Source of the DNA: Amoebidium appalachense
Taxonomy: Eukaryota > Protista > Ichthyosporea
NCBI GenBank assembly: GCA_963693365.1
Contig: CAVNZM010000014.1
Location: 4,898,001 to 4,962,000 of the forward strand
Direction: 5' to 3'
DNA length: 64,000 bases
A program made the position numbers and the translations under genes. The notes beneath the pieces were generated by a model, which ran no database searches, was not told where the DNA came from, and saw only the letters and a program-made list of their open reading frames with translations. This document shows positions 21,802 to 47,748 of the stretch, piece by piece; within the stretch, counting starts at the first letter, position 1, and each line of letters starts with the position of its first letter.

Positions 21802-23954
21802 ATGCCCCCCAGTGTGATCACCCAACACGCACAGTTTCCGCATACAGCCACACAGACCATTGGTCCCAACTGCCACCAAGAACATGGAGGACAAAATGTC
21901 AGTGAGGAACCAGGCACCCTCACGAACGTTGCACTAGCACCTACGGAAAATGGAGAAACGAGGGAAATGGGGACCTGTTTGGAACATGGCGAAGAAACCG
22001 AGAAAGGTATGGCTGGAATTTTCACTTCCCCCTTGATCACTTGCTCTTCTCTCTCCCCAACTCAATTTGGATGTCTCGAATCACCCTCTTCCCCGCTTAT
22101 GTTCTGCCCTGATTCTCCCTTTTCCTTAGCCCTCCCTCCCTCCCTTTATCCCTCCCTCCCTCCCTCCCTCAACCCGTCTCCTTCTGTGCCCACTCACGTT
22201 CCCACCAACCCCTCCAAAGTTTCCAATTCCCCCGCTCCCTCCCCCACCTCCCCCTCCCCCTCTATCCCTCCCCCCCCCCCCCTCCCCCGCTCTCCCCCTT
22301 CCCCCCGCTCCTGATGCCTCCTCCAGTAACTCCCCATTCAAGTCCCTAATACCCCTTTTAGTCTCACTCCCCACCTCAATCCCTTTCGACCTCCCCCCCC
22401 TCTCACCCCCCCCCCCCCCCCCCTGTTTGAAAGCCATGTTGTGTGGGGCTTGTTAGTAACTCCCCCCCCCTTCCCCCCCTTCCCCTTCCCCTTCCCCTCC
22501 TCCCCCCCTCCCGCTCCCCCTTCCCCCCCCCTTCCCCCCTTTACCCACCCACCCCCTCCCCCTCCCTCTTCCCTCACTCCCTTCCCAGTTCTTGTGCGCT
22601 TATGAATTTCTCTCCGGCTTTACTAATATGCACCCCCTCTCTGTGCTTTTACCTCCACCCGTTCCCTTTGAAAATCTCCTTTCCCCCCCGAGTCGTACTC
22701 GATAACGCAATCCAACCCCCCCCCCCCCCAAAAAAAAAAAAAAACAAAACAAAAAAAAAAAACAAAAAAAAAACAAACACTCTCAATAACTTCCCCGCCT
22801 ACCCCTTTCCTTAACAATCTTTCAGTACAACATTTCAACTAAAACGGAAATCAGTCAAAATTCCCCCTCCCCCCTCCCCCTCCCCCCCCCCCTCCCTCTT
22901 CTTTTTTCCCTGTCCGCCCACCTGCCGGCACTGCCCCCCACCCACCCCACCCGAAAGATGCGAAAACTGGATGTTTAGGATGCTCGTGAAGATTAGTTGT
23001 TTGGGATGCATCAAACTGCTTATTAGGAAGCTGCAAACATCAGATGTAGGTTGCTTGCAGAAATGACATGTAGGATTGCTTGAGATCGACCACTGTGATG
23101 CGTTGTTGTGCTCTTCTTTTGTGGTTGTATGCTCCATTCACGCCATCAGCCTAACCATTTTTCTTGTTTTTATTCATTTTCTTTCCCTTTTTTCAGGAGC
23201 AAACACAAGCACCCCGTTCCCCTGCTTTCTTGACACCCTTCCCGATGAAATCGTATGCACCATCATTCGCCACATGGGAAAACGGGAGCGTTTCCGCCTG
23301 TCTCTCGTTTCTCGCCGCCTCCGACGCCTGTGCGCCTCTCCGCTCTCCGGCCCCCTGCACGTGCCTGTGCACGTGCGGGGGTCCGCCTTCCGCCTGTTTC
23401 TAGAAGCAGGGGTGGGCACGTGGGGATGGGCCATTACTGATCTGACCGTGCACTGTCATGAAGGTGCGTGATTCCCCCCCCCCTCCCCCCTCCCCCCTCC
23501 CCCCCCCCCCCACCCGGTGCGAAACTCGGGTGCTGTGGATGACTTCAGGTGCCCCTGATGATGGGCTGTGCGAGTCATACTGTGTGTGTGTGGTTTGCAC
23601 TCTGCATTATGTTGTCCGTTTGAATGTGTACCACGTACTCTCTAACACATTCTACCCAAACCCCCCCCCCCCCCCCCCCTCCCCCCTATCCCCCCCCCCT
23701 CCCCTCCCCCCCCCCCCCCCCCCCCCCTTCTCCTCCTCCTTCCCCCGGCTCTGGTCATGACACTTAGACTTTGTTTGTGCTCCGTTGCGAAATCTGTACT
23801 GTGTTGTTCGTAGTGAATGTGCACTGCATACAATGTAAGATGTTCTGCGCTTTTCCCCCGGTCCCCTCCTGGGGGGCCCTCGAGCATATTTGAGGCCTCT
23901 TCCTTCCTTTCCTTTTCTAAACCTCCCGTCCTTTAATCTCCCACTTCCCCCCCC

Positions 23955-23985
<31 letters not shown>

Positions 23986-25578
23986 ACAAAAAAAATCTTT
24001 ACTACGATTACCTCTTCCCCTGTCTCCTTTCCCCTCCCTTTCTCTCTTCCCCCCCCCCCCCCCCCCCCCCCCCGCCCCCCACTCTCCCTCCCTCTCCCTT
24101 CCCCCCCACCCTCCCACCCATCCTCTCTTCCCCGCTGCGTCTTCTCAGTTCATCCCACCTCGTCCCTTCCCTCCCTCCCACCCCCAACCACTCTAGCGCT
24201 CTTCCCCCACTCCTCTCTTGCTGCTTCTCACTCCTTCTTTCACTTTCTCCCCCTCCCCCCCCTTTCCAGCTCGTTTCCCTTGATAATTTTCTAACACACA
24301 TTTTGGTACCCATACAGCCTGTGTCACCGACCTCTCCACGGCACTCCAATCTTTGGCCAAAAAATGCCCCCGCATACAGCGCATTTATTTTGCCGCACTC
24401 CAGTCACCACCATATTTGGAAATGGCCATGCAGTTCGTCCAATCACAACGCCAGCTCGCACACGTGACCTACGACTACCGCGGCTGCCTGGTCCAATCAA
24501 AACCGGGCTTTACCCCTTCGGGAGGCCCAGAGGGTACCCTCCCAACATCGATTGAGATCCGATCCGCCGATGGCGTTAGGCTTCTGGGGAGGGGGTCGCG
24601 GGTCGGGTCACTCACTCGGGTCAAACTTGGACCGGTAGACATGGCCCGCGGACCGGCATACGGGCTGGAGTGGCTCCGAACGGCCACCAACCTACGACAT
24701 ATTGAAATTTCAGGGGCCGTAAACGTAAACGCGCTGGGGGCGTGCAGAAATTTGGAATCCGCGGTCATCCACTTCCAGAAATTCGGTCTTTTCATGTCCG
24801 AAAAGGACGTTTCCGCGTTGGGCGCGTGCCGAAAATTGACGAAACTCGAAATTATGTCCCCGGCCTACATACCCCCTCTGCCCAAACTCAAGCAGTTAAC
24901 GGTGGTGGGGAACATTGGGAGTGTGGAATCTCTTGCGGAATGTTATTCCTTGACCAGGGTCGAATTTGTGCAAACGACTGCGCCTGATTTGGCAAGTCTG
25001 GCGTGGGCCTGCGCCAATCATCTCAAGGAGTTAAAACTTAGCAGCGTGAGGAATTTCGACTCAGGGGAGATGGTGTATTTTGAGGAGTGTCGTTCCCTCA
25101 CGCGATTGGTCATTTCGGATATGTCGATGGGGTCTATCGGGCCCCGCGGTTGCCTGGCGCAGCTAGAGGATATTGAGATTTCAGCTTGTTTCTATCTCAG
25201 CAATATCTCGGCCCTGCATGGCGCGGAAGGTTTAACGTCACTGACGCTCGAATGTGGATATGTGGACCACCGCGCGGATATACGGAAATTTCCGAAATTG
25301 CGAGAGTTGCGGTCGGTTACGCTGGCTGGATTTTCGCCGACGGAGGTGAAACGGCTTTTGGGGAATAGTCGGAAGGTGGCGAATTTGGGATTGGAGGAGA
25401 TGGAGATTAAGTCGATCGACGATCTGGGTGCCGATCTGAGCGGAATTAAGAGGCTTAAGTTGCGCAAGTGCAGGTGCAAACCTCCCCCCTCCCCCCCCCC
25501 CCCCCCCCCCCGGCACCCCCTTCTTTCGCACACTCACGCACGTGGGTGCATGCACACACGCACACACACATTATCAGG

Positions 25579-25611
<33 letters not shown>

Positions 25612-25617
25612 CTCCCC

Positions 25618-25648
<31 letters not shown>

Positions 25649-26020
25649 ACACACGTACGCACGCACCTGCGCACACACACTATTAGGCGCGCACACACAC
25701 GCACTCACACACATACACACAGACACACACTGGCGGCACCGTGTTCCATTGTGCATCGTGTGGATCGCTCTGCTCACTGAGCAACACAACACAACCTCTC
25801 TCCCTCCCCTCCCCCTTCCCCCCCCCCCCCCACCTTCCCCACTTCCCTCTCCAAAAACACACACACACACACACACACACACATCCCCCCCCCCCCCCCC
25901 CCACCCCCACTCACCCACAAACACACACACACACACACACTTTCAGGTCCACCTGCCTTGCCCTGCCCCCCTAGCTTTCGAGCACTTCAGACCCCCCTCC
26001 CCCCTCATCTCTCCCTTCTT

Positions 26021-26052
<32 letters not shown>

Positions 26053-26611
26053 CGGCCCCCCCCCCCCCCCCCCCCTCCTTCCCCCCCCCCCCTCCCCCCG
26101 GGTTTTCTCTCTGTGTACCCTCCCCCCCCCTTTTTTTTGTGCAAAATCTGCCTGGTGCTTTTCATTGTGACTGTGTACTCCTTTCCGCTGTAACGCATTC
26201 TAACACCCTCCCCTCCCCCCTCCCCCCTCCCCCCTCCCCCCCCCCCAAAAAAAAAACAAAACAAAAAAACCCAGGAACCTGAAAGACATCAGCCACCTAC
26301 GAGGTTGCCAGCGATTGGTGGGGCTTCACCTCGAGTCCCTGCCGTCCCTCTCCGGCATAGAACCCATCTCGGCCTGCGGGGCCTTACACGAAATTTCAAT
26401 GGTCGAATGCGGAAAAATACGCGACGTATCCCCCCTTTGTTTCCCCTCCCTCTCGAAAATTTCGTTCAGAAACATGTTTTCCCTCCCGAATTTGGACGTT
26501 TTGTCCACGTGCAGGCACCTGCGGACTTTTTCGATGGCGAATTCCGGTCCCGGAGAACAGGCCGCGGCAGTGAAAATGTGTCCGAAAATGTTTTTGTTTG
26601 ACTTGAAGTAG
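21802..26611 (+). CDS. F-box / leucine-rich-repeat protein, 4 exons
   Basis: Phase-consistent exons 21802-22006, 23197-23463, 24318-25473, 26275-26611. F-box LDTLPDEIVCTIIRHMGKRERFRLSLVSRRLRRL; LRRs such as VNALGACRNLESA, VSALGACRKLTKLEI, ISHLRGCQRLVGLHL. Confidence 0.85.
23515..23665 (+). mobile_element. Diverged relative of the ...AAACCCC-ended family
   Basis: Shares colinear blocks CGAAACTC, GATGACTT, CTGA.GATGGGCT, CATACTGTG, TTGAATG and CAAACCCC. Sits between poly-C tracts. Confidence 0.55.
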
Positions 26612-27261
26612 TGATTCACACAGGGAGGGGGCGCGCGTGTGTGTGTGTAGGGGGGGGGGGATTAGAGGGAGGGGGAGACTGGTTCAGATGTGGAAACTAG
26701 ACACAAAAAAGATGATTTTTTAAATAAGTTGTATAGATATTTTTGATCTTGTTTTTTTATCTTGTGAGTTTAGGTAACCAAATATAAAGGTTTATGGATG
26801 GGTTAACAAGGCTCGGTGAGAGGTTGAACGGATATAGAGGGTGAGGGTATATGATGAAAGATATCTGGTCAAGTTTAGATCATGCCGATGTGTGAATTAT
26901 TCCCAGACATTAGGCGAAATCCCTTTTAGAAATTCGTTCGTTACCTGTTTTTTGATTTGCTGCCCTATGTTTTCTTCTTCTTGTACTTCTTCTTCTTCTT
27001 TCTTTTCTTTTTCCTTTCCTTTTTTTTGTGTGTGTGTGTGTATGTGCTTTTTCTTTTTGTGTTTACATGTTGTGTATGAATGCTGTCTACATAGTGTGAA
27101 CCGTAGGCTTTGAGCAAGGGATGCGTTGAATTCCAGCAAAGGATCAAAAGCAGTGCTTTTTGGTCATTTTCCTAAAGTTTACCTCTTTTTCTCTCCGAAT
27201 ACCAGAGATGTCTTGTGCGAATAAATGCATACAGCTTAAACACATATCACACATCTTTGGC

Positions 27262-27343
27262 TACCCCCTCTGAGGATGGTCTCTGCTTATGTTGCACTCT
27301 GCGCGTGTTGCTGGTGTTGCATGTTTGAATGTTTCTTTGTGTG
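27262..27343 (+). mobile_element. Diverged internal fragment of the ...AAACCCC-ended family
   Basis: CCTCTGAGGATGGTCTCTGCTTATG...TGTTGCATGTTTGAATGTTT aligns by eye to the reverse complement of 13075-13145. Confidence 0.6.
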
Positions 27344-27446
27344 AAAATAGGTAAGAAGGCAATAAAAGAGTACCGTGGTGGCAAAAATCTAAAATAAGCA
27401 TGATAGTCATATTATAAACAGGGCATGGCATGCATGTGTGTGTCGC

Positions 27447-27480
<34 letters not shown>

Positions 27481-27530
27481 TGTGTGATGGTGGTGGTGGT
27501 GATCCGGGGAGAGAAGGGGAGTGGGTGGGT

Positions 27531-27577
<47 letters not shown>

Positions 27578-27941
27578 GGACGTAGTACTAGACTGCTACC
27601 TTCTGAGGTAGCTCTTATGTTTCAAGGAGACGCGGACGATACGGAAAGCGGCTGATCACGTGACTCACCTACCTTGAAAAATAGAGCCAGCCAGCGTCGA
27701 TTTATCGTACATAGGCTAGAGGGCACAGTCAGTACGTGCCAGAGTACTAGTCGGAATGATCATCATGGTTTGTAGGCGATGGAACAGAGAAATAGACAGG
27801 AGTGTCTTTAAGTGTGGAAGGTCAAGGCGTGGTGCACACGTGTCTCTCTGTGTGTGTGGCTGACTGCTTGTGTGCGTGCGTGTGTGTGTGTGTGTGTCTT
27901 GGGGGATGGTGGTGGTGGTGGTGGTGGTGGTGGGGCACGGC

Positions 27942-27982
<41 letters not shown>

Positions 27983-28725
27983 TTTGCCGAAAGTGCACCA
28001 TAATTTTTGAGACCCGCCTGCCTCCAATTATAGTAAAATAAGTCTTTAATCTTGCCATGCTTCTTTTCCCCCCTGCCCACTGAGCAGGGGTGTACTACAT
28101 ATGCGCATATTAAGTAATACATCAGTACCAGGACCACACAGCGATATAGATATAGGAACTAAATAAACTGATCGCGCACGCTAACCATACACACCGTTAC
28201 CCTCATGATAATATGTGCTCGCAGCCTATTATTGGATATTATTAGATATTGGTAGATATTAATAGATATTGCTGCGAACTAAAACTGTGACCCGGCTACA
28301 TCAGCCGATTACGCTATTCGGGCATGTCTGATTGGATGATTATCATGACACACGATACGGCCTAATCAGCCAGTGTAAAACTAGTATATAAGTAGAAGTA
28401 CACGAGTTCGAAAGGATGGTAAATTTATGTTTTTGCACACTGGCCACGCGCAAGTACGAAAACTGCAAAACTATCCTACCTTTGCCCTACTCTTATCCCC
28501 TTACCTGCGGGGTAAAGGTGTATGTATGTAACAACTTGCTCGACGCTCTAATGATCATACGCTAATGTTTAGTCAGCATAACAGAGATAAGACTACAACA
28601 AATAATTTGACCCAGATTTCCAATACTAATTTAAACTTAGCAAGGGGTAAAAAAGCAAATCTACTAGTTTTTCCAACGGGCTTTTTTTGGCTACACATTT
28701 TAAGAATTTTATATCTGCGGGTTCA

Positions 28726-31351
28726 CTACTTGGAGAAGAAGCCGTAGAAGCCAACCCCTGTAAAGGAGAGCTTGAAGTTGACGGGGGCGGTAACCTCGCC
28801 CTTTGATTGGCCAGAAATCATGTCCACCACCTGCATGGGTATTGCGTAAGTGTTATGATAGACAGCACGAAAATACGCAAGCCTTCACTTTTCTATGGTG
28901 TAAGGAAATGGGTAGAGGCCTAGGGCGGGGGGAAGGTCGAAGGGGCGGATGTGCTGCGGGCTAACCATACGGAGAGGAGGGTTACAGGTGTATCAGGTAA
29001 CTTTGGGTAGACAGAGGAGAGTGTGCTTGTGCGTGCTTGTGTGTGTGTGTGTGTACGGGGGAGGGGGGGGTAAGAGGGGGGGGTAGGGGGGGGGGGGGGG
29101 GGGGGGGGGATGGTGGGGAGGGGGTTGGAGGGGCAAAAGGGGAGAGGGGCACGGACGGTGTGCACATACAATGCAATTGTGCACGCGGGCACACACACGC
29201 AGAAACACACAGTCACACACATAAACACACACACACACACTCACACTCACACACACACACTCACATACACACACACACACACACACACACCTCGTATGTT
29301 GTGCCGTCGACCAGGTGGGAGAGTGCCGTGGTGCCGGTGACCTTTGAGCTCTTGCTGCCACCAAAGAAACTGAAAGAAAGAAAATTGGGTTAGAACTGAC
29401 AGATTTCAAACTATGATAACAAACATTGCAAATCATGGTGGGATAAATTGAGAAGCAAATAGCCAAATAGCTCAAGGGGTGGTGTGTGCGTGTGCATAAG
29501 TGCGTGCGCGCGTGTGCGTGTGTGTATGTGTGTGTGTGTGCGTGTGTGTGAGGGCTGAGGGGGGGGAGGGGGGGAGGGGGGGGATGGGGGGGGAGAGGGG
29601 GTGGGGTGGGAGGGGAGAGGAGGGGGGGACTGGGGGAGAAAGCAACGGGGAGGTGTGTGTGTGTGTGCGTTGGGGGGGGAGGGGAGGGGGGTGGGGGGGG
29701 AGGAAGGGGGGTGGGGGGTGGGGGGGCAGGGGATCAAGCAATACCTGTAGAACAGATTTCCATCCTTGTCAGCAAGACAATAGGTCTCGTAGGACATCCA
29801 GTCACCCCAGGGCACATTCCTCCACTCCATCTGCGCAAATCGGTACTTGTTGTACATTTTCAGCCAGAACGAATACCGATCGGTATCCTTGCGCGGATCG
29901 CGATTAAACTTGGTCTCAGGAACCATTCCCAAAGCGACGGTAGAGGCCCATTCGTAGTTTCCTACCCTCTTGTAGTAGTTTGATCGGACCAATTCTGAGG
30001 GGCTGGGGTCGTTTTCGTCGGTAAGCTCGATGTGGTCGGCTAGGATGGCGGCGCGACCGCGGGAGAGGGCCTGAGTGGGTGGGTGGAGTGAGTAAAAGGG
30101 CACGGGACAAAGGTTGGCTTAGCGTGGGCGCAAAGGTGTTGAGAGAACGGGACCTTGGAGGAAGGTGCGGGAGGGGGGGGGGGGGGGGGGGGGGGGGGGT
30201 GAGCAAACGAGGCAACAAGTTGGGAGGACAGGAATGAGAAGAGGTTGGTGTGTGTGTCTGTGTGTGTTGTGTGTGAGGACGGGGCCGGGGGGAGAGGGGG
30301 GGGGGGGGGGGGGGGGGGGGGTTGGTAAGGAGAGGGTGAGAAATATAGGAACAAAGTGTTCTGTGTGTGCATGGTTTGTCTTTGCGAACGTGAGTCGTTG
30401 TGACAGTGTGATGAAGAGGAAGGGAAAGATGGGGAGAGAGAGTGGGGGGGGAGGGGGGGGGGGGGGGGGAGGGGGGGGGGGGGAGGGGGGGGGGTCGAGG
30501 GGGGTAGGCACGTACGTGCAGGTACTTGGCACGACGGCGGAACTGAGAAGCACCTAGGGGATCGGACGTAATCAATTGGTTCTGCCCGGGCCAATCATAA
30601 AAGTTCTGCGCCAGTCCGCAATTACACGTATTAATGACAAAATCCTCCTTAATATCTCTCGCAGTTTCGTAAATTGTCGTCATGAGTTGGTTGTACGCCT
30701 TTTGAAGCCCTGTGTTCGTACCCATCATCTGATATACGTCATCCTGTTTGAATCCGTCCACACCAAACGTCTTGACAAATCGCTTCACTACGCCCTTTGT
30801 GTATTCGACGACTTCGGGTTTTCTCGCATCGAGATACCGATCCCCCGTGTCTCCGGTTGCAGACAGTACTTTTTCCAACAACCACTTCTTGTCTCCTGGC
30901 TTGGTCCCATCCTCAGCCACACCTGTATATGGTTTCATTAATACCTATTCATTTATTTACTTATCTATTATATTCGTAACGTCGCTATTTTCACTTTAAA
31001 TAGTGGAGGGGCATAGGGGAAAAAAGGAGAACCTTTGAGAGGGAGGCGAGACGCGCACGCGTGCACACGCCCCGGGGAGGGGGGGGGGGGTTTGCTGTTT
31101 ATAATACATATAAGGTTGAGGGGAAAGGGGGCGGGGGGGGGGGGGGGGGGGGGAGGTTAAGGGGGTTAAAGGAGAACACGTACCGGGGCACCACCACAGG
31201 CGAACCTTAAACCCTTCCCTGTGCAGGCGATCGACAAAATTGACCATGTCCTTCTCTGCACCAATCACATCCTTGTTGACTGTATAGTCCCCTGTGTCTG
31301 ACTCCCAGCCTTTGCCGTTACCACCACCGGTACCGTACCTGATTTTTTTTT

Positions 31352-31400
<49 letters not shown>

Positions 31401-31757
31401 GGAGGGAGGGAGAGAGGGGGGAATGGGGTGGGGGAGAGGGTTGGGGGGTGGGGAGTGGGGGGGTGGAGGGGGGGGGGGGGGGAGGAGGGGAAGGGGAGAA
31501 GGGTTAGGATTTTGCATGATGCGTGTGGGGTAAACAATAGTGTTTCATGTGAGTTGCATGGGTGGTAGATGTGCTAGTGAGAACATTTATGTGTGTGTGG
31601 TTTTCATGCATGCAGGTGTTTCTTTGCGTATGGATGCACGGAAAGGCACGGAACGCGATATCTCAGTGTTGGTGTGTGCACGCGCAAGGAGAGGGTCGTT
31701 TAAACTTTTTTTTTCTCGTTATTTGCTGCCACATACGTGTGTGTGATTCGGAGAGCT

Positions 31758-31819
<62 letters not shown>

Positions 31820-32175
31820 GGTGCACCCAGCCGGAAAATCTCGAACACTCACCAGCCAGAGTCGATCGTAATTGTTGAAATGTTGAGGGCCTTAAGAACC
31901 GGCAGCATGTTAAGGACATAGTCCTTCTTGAAATTTTCCTCCTTTCCGTAAGTTTCCCACACGGGATTGTATGCCCACTCGGGTGCTTCGGGGGTCTGAA
32001 TACCGTGTTTTTCGAACATAATATCCGCGAATTTGCTCAATGCGTCAAAGTAGTCGCCCTTGTGCTTGATGATTACCATTGACTTGCCACCGACACCTTC
32101 CATCTTGGCTCTGTTGTGGGGAAAAAAGATGAGTTTTCGGTTGGTCATATCGGTTAATAGAAAAGGAGGGGGGTA

Positions 32176-32206
<31 letters not shown>

Positions 32207-32536
32207 AGGGGCTGCTGCTTGGCAATGTGATTTGGAAACGGTTTCTGTAAAGGCGGAGAGATGGAGAGGGGGGAGGAGGGAGGGGGATGGGGGGAAAGAG
32301 AGGAAGGGGAGGAAGGGGAGTGTGGGGGGTAGCGAGAGGGGGCAGGGGGAAGAACAAGCAGTGAATGTTGAGACACCGTGTATGTGAGCTGTACATATGT
32401 GATTTGCTCTGTGTGTGTCTGTGCGGTCGTGCATGTGCATGTAAATGTTATTCACAATACGTTTGGGTGCACAGCTACCCTAATGCTGGTGCGTTCGTGG
32501 GGAGAGGAGGGTGTGTGTGTGTGTGCGTGTGTGGGG

Positions 32537-32605
<69 letters not shown>

Positions 32606-33505
32606 GGATGAAGGAGGCACACACCCTGAGCTGGAGTATCTCAGCACGACCCTAAAGTTGGGGTTGAAGACTGGCTCTGTGTTACAAATAGCCTCCCCAC
32701 CCTTTTCTGTGTAGAGGTCGAAGCAGGGAATGCCCCCCAGATATGTGTTTGCGCTGTATGTCTTTGCACGGCTGCTGGTGACCCGGAATTCGAGGTCTTT
32801 TCCCCATCCCAATTTGAAGGGGAATCCGTTCCATGCCATCACCTGTGTGGGTGAGTAAACTAAGGTTAGCTATTGTTGAAAAAGAAATAGCTTTATCTGT
32901 GAGCACACACGTGTTGATAGGTTGAAAAATTACTTGGCATATGCACAACTTCAAACAGCAATAAATGTGTTGTTGAGACGAGCATTGACCTCGATTCTTC
33001 TTAGCTAACGTACCAAAAAAAAAAGAAAAAAAAGAAAAAAAAAAAAAGGAACAAAATTGGCGCAAGCAAAGTCCAACAACCACAAAAAATAAGCAATACC
33101 TTATGACATAATGACTGAAAACATGGAAAATTTGCATACCTTGCTGCCCTTAACGGTCGACCTGGCCACCGTTTCATCCTCACCAATAGGAATCTCATCC
33201 CCCTGTGCGCCGGGGCACTCGATTTCACCGTTTGCATTCAGACCCTTAAGGCTACCAGACGCAAGGGCTTGCTGCAGCGCAGAATCCTCACTAACGCTAT
33301 CCGGACCACATTTCAGGGCGTCCTCGGCACGTTGTTGCTTAATTAGGTCAATACGTTCTGCCTTGGTTAAGGGAGCAGTGTCCGTTTCTGTCTCGATTGA
33401 TCGCATGGCGTCGAGAAAATAGATGGGGACTGGGTCGGCGGCAGACCGGCCGGCGCAGATGGCCAGGGCGGCAGCTATAGCCGCAAGAGTTGTGGTGGCT
33501 CCCAT
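28726..33505 (-). CDS. Secreted clan-D glycoside hydrolase (GH36-like alpha-galactosidase), 8 exons
   Basis: Exons 33505-33140, 32842-32625, 32110-31853, 31338-31184, 30922-30516, 30070-29745, 29369-29291, 28830-28726. Signal peptide; ITIDSGW, LHREGFKVRLWWCP, YLDARKPEV, FGVDGFKQD (nucleophile motif), ITSDP. Confidence 0.85.
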
Positions 33506-35643
33506 GTTTGAGTGTTTTGTGTGTCTTCTTCCTTTCTTTGCGGGCGAGAAAAGGTTTTGGTTTGTACTTAAGTTTTCAAAGTAAATAAACAGAATTGGAC
33601 GTTTGTGACGACGTGAATTCTGAGCCGGGACTGATGCCGCTCGGCCTTTTTATATCTGTTGTTGCACCAAAAAACGGAGGAGGGTAAATACCGTGTTTTA
33701 TGTTCATGAGCAAGCGCACCAATTAGCATGCATACACAGAACAATTAAGTTTTATTTTATCTTCAAAAGAATAAAAGATTAAAAATTTTCTAGCAGGCAA
33801 AGCTACTGCAAAAAATTATTCTAAATGCCCGTGGCACATAATCAAACATGCATGTGGGCTGTGGTGCGTGCAGGGTTGTGCTTTGTATACACTGAGAGAA
33901 GTCTTGATTGGTTTACTACGCACCGCTGAAAACCCCTCAAACTTTTGTTGTGGTGCGGAAAGCAGGAATTTGCATATCTTTTTAACTTTAGCTGAACGTG
34001 TGCCGCGCTTCAGGGTCAAGCAAAGAGGTATTCCGGAGTTGAGCAGATAAAAAAGTTTTTTTTTACTATAAGTTGGAAAAAACCTCTTCCAGCAACAGCA
34101 ACATAAGTCCAACTAAGAGTTTTTGGTCTGGCGAAGTCTTCAATTTCTGGACTTCACACGCGCCGTGGCAAGCGCTGCGCGGTTAGATTTTTTTTCCTGA
34201 CAACTGAACTTTTCTATATCAAAATAAGCCCCCAAAAAATTGGTTTGGAAGACAGATCTGGTCGAAGCAAGGTCAACAAACTCGAGAGATGATTGGATAA
34301 CACTGACTAATCGGCGTCGTCACTGTGTTTACAGCCAATCATAAACGACAGCCGCACTTGCAACAACATCGGTCACTGGTGGCCCAAGATCTGCTGCTGC
34401 TGGAGGGTAAACACCGTCATATGACGTTCCTGCACGCTGGGAAATGAGTTGAAAATGTTTTAAACACACGTTACATATAGAAAAAAATTACGTTTCAACA
34501 CAGCAAATCATGGCGATGTTATATGTAAATGCTGGCTGCACGAAAACTCTTTGACAAGATAGATGCATGCATGTACAGTATTCAGGTTCCGAATCGCCGC
34601 ATGTATGAAATGACTCGAGGGGTAACGTATCTGTGCGTTTTTTCGTCAATGGGGGCGGCGCGTGGCGAGGGGAGATCCGGCGGAGGGGGTACCCCGGGCG
34701 GGATCGGAGGGGGGGGAGGGGGGAAGGTTGTGCTCAAGAGCATGCATGAATGCATAATATTATTACTATAAACATGGGAGATGCTGTGATCAGGTGCCAA
34801 GTTGGCCTAAATGTTCTTTCGCACGCACGCTGTACATGTGCAGCGACGTCGACGTCACGGCAAACACATTGTCGAGATCACAAGGGCACCATTCATGATC
34901 GTAGGCCATCTAGCTACTACTCCCCAACCCACCCATTATTTAACACCACCCATCAAATGGGAAATGAATACACAGTCAAAAATTTACAAAATAACGGCTG
35001 CTGCCCGCCGGGTAGGAATAGGCCAAAAGCGATTTTGATACGTACAATGTAGCCTACTAGCAAAGACCCATAACTCTAGAATCTTGTAGTGTGTCCTAAC
35101 TGTCCACTAGTGAACCCTAACACCCGCGTGCCCGCAAATCACACAACAAATCTACTCTAAACGAGCATATGTGACAGTCGACCCACAGAGGGTTCTTTGC
35201 AAACAGAAATGTGTCCCTCTAACTCACCTTCATTCTTGTCATTTTTTTACAAACCCCCATCATCCTCCCCCCCCCCCCCCCCCCCCCCCCCTCCTTTCCA
35301 CCAAAAAATGAGAATGAAAAAAAAAAAAAAAAAAAAAAGTTGATGGCCCCTTGCGTATGAATTTCATCTTGGATCATGAGTCCCGGAAGTGTCCGAGGTT
35401 ACTAAGCGAGGTGTGCTAATGAGTGAAAGCGACGGTTTCATAAAGAACATTACCATATATGGTCGTGTCCACATTTTATAAAAGATGTAACAAGTTGTAG
35501 TATGCCCCTATATCATACAATCGTACAGGGCGGGCTGTGTACTGATGTGTGTGTGTGGCAATAACACACATCATTTTACACCAAGGGCCACTGGTGGAAA
35601 ACCACATATTCACCATTTTTACATTAGATTTAAAATTTTAAAG

Positions 35644-46823
<11,180 letters not shown>

Positions 46824-47397
46824 AAACGCAGTCAGATGATGGGCAGTAAGCTCAACAAGTGCTTAAATGTAATTCTCCCGGCCAAGCAGAAGCAACCGTT
46901 AGAAGCTGTGCTCCAAGTGTAGGCGGTCCCCCCCCCCCCCCCGCTTCAACCCCCTCCCCACCTACAAACTTTCCTGTTCACTCCACCATACCCTGCTTTA
47001 CCAAAACAGCGTGATGCATTGTTCTTTTTCTTTTTTCTTTTCTTTTTCTTTTTTTAAAAAAAAAGGTCTACCCGAAACAAGACACAACATCACCATGCTT
47101 CAGGCTTAAGTCATGCAGCCCGTCGTGCACAAGTAGTATACCATGCTGACTGGGTCATGCACCGTTTAACAAGAGGACGGAGGGAGAGGACGTTTTCTTG
47201 GGGGTGGGGGTGGGGGTGGGAGTGGGGTGGTGGTGGTGGTGGAGGTGGTGGTGGTGTGGGGGGGGGGGGGGGGGGGGGGTGGCAGGAAAGGGGGCACGGA
47301 GAGAGAAAGAAGATAAAGAGAACAAGGCAGGGGGTGTAAGAGAGAAGAGAGAAAAGAGGAGAGAGAAAGAGAGAGGGGGGGGGGGGGGGGGGAGGGG

Positions 47398-47457
<60 letters not shown>

Positions 47458-47539
47458 GGGGGAGAGAGAGGGAGAGAGAGAGAGAGAGAGTGTGTGTGTG
47501 TGTGTGTGTGCGAGAGCCAGAGAGCGAGAGAGCGAGAGC

Positions 47540-47665
<126 letters not shown>

Positions 47666-47706
47666 AGAGAGAGACAGCGAGAAACAGAGAGGGGGGGGGG
47701 GGGGGG

Positions 47707-47748
<42 letters not shown>

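Noticed and set aside
23515-23570. Hammerhead ribozyme (CGAAAC ... CTGATGA)
   Set aside because: Stem II and stem III/NUH geometry do not pair canonically.
28232-28272. AGATATT x4 short repeat
   Set aside because: Too short and isolated to interpret.
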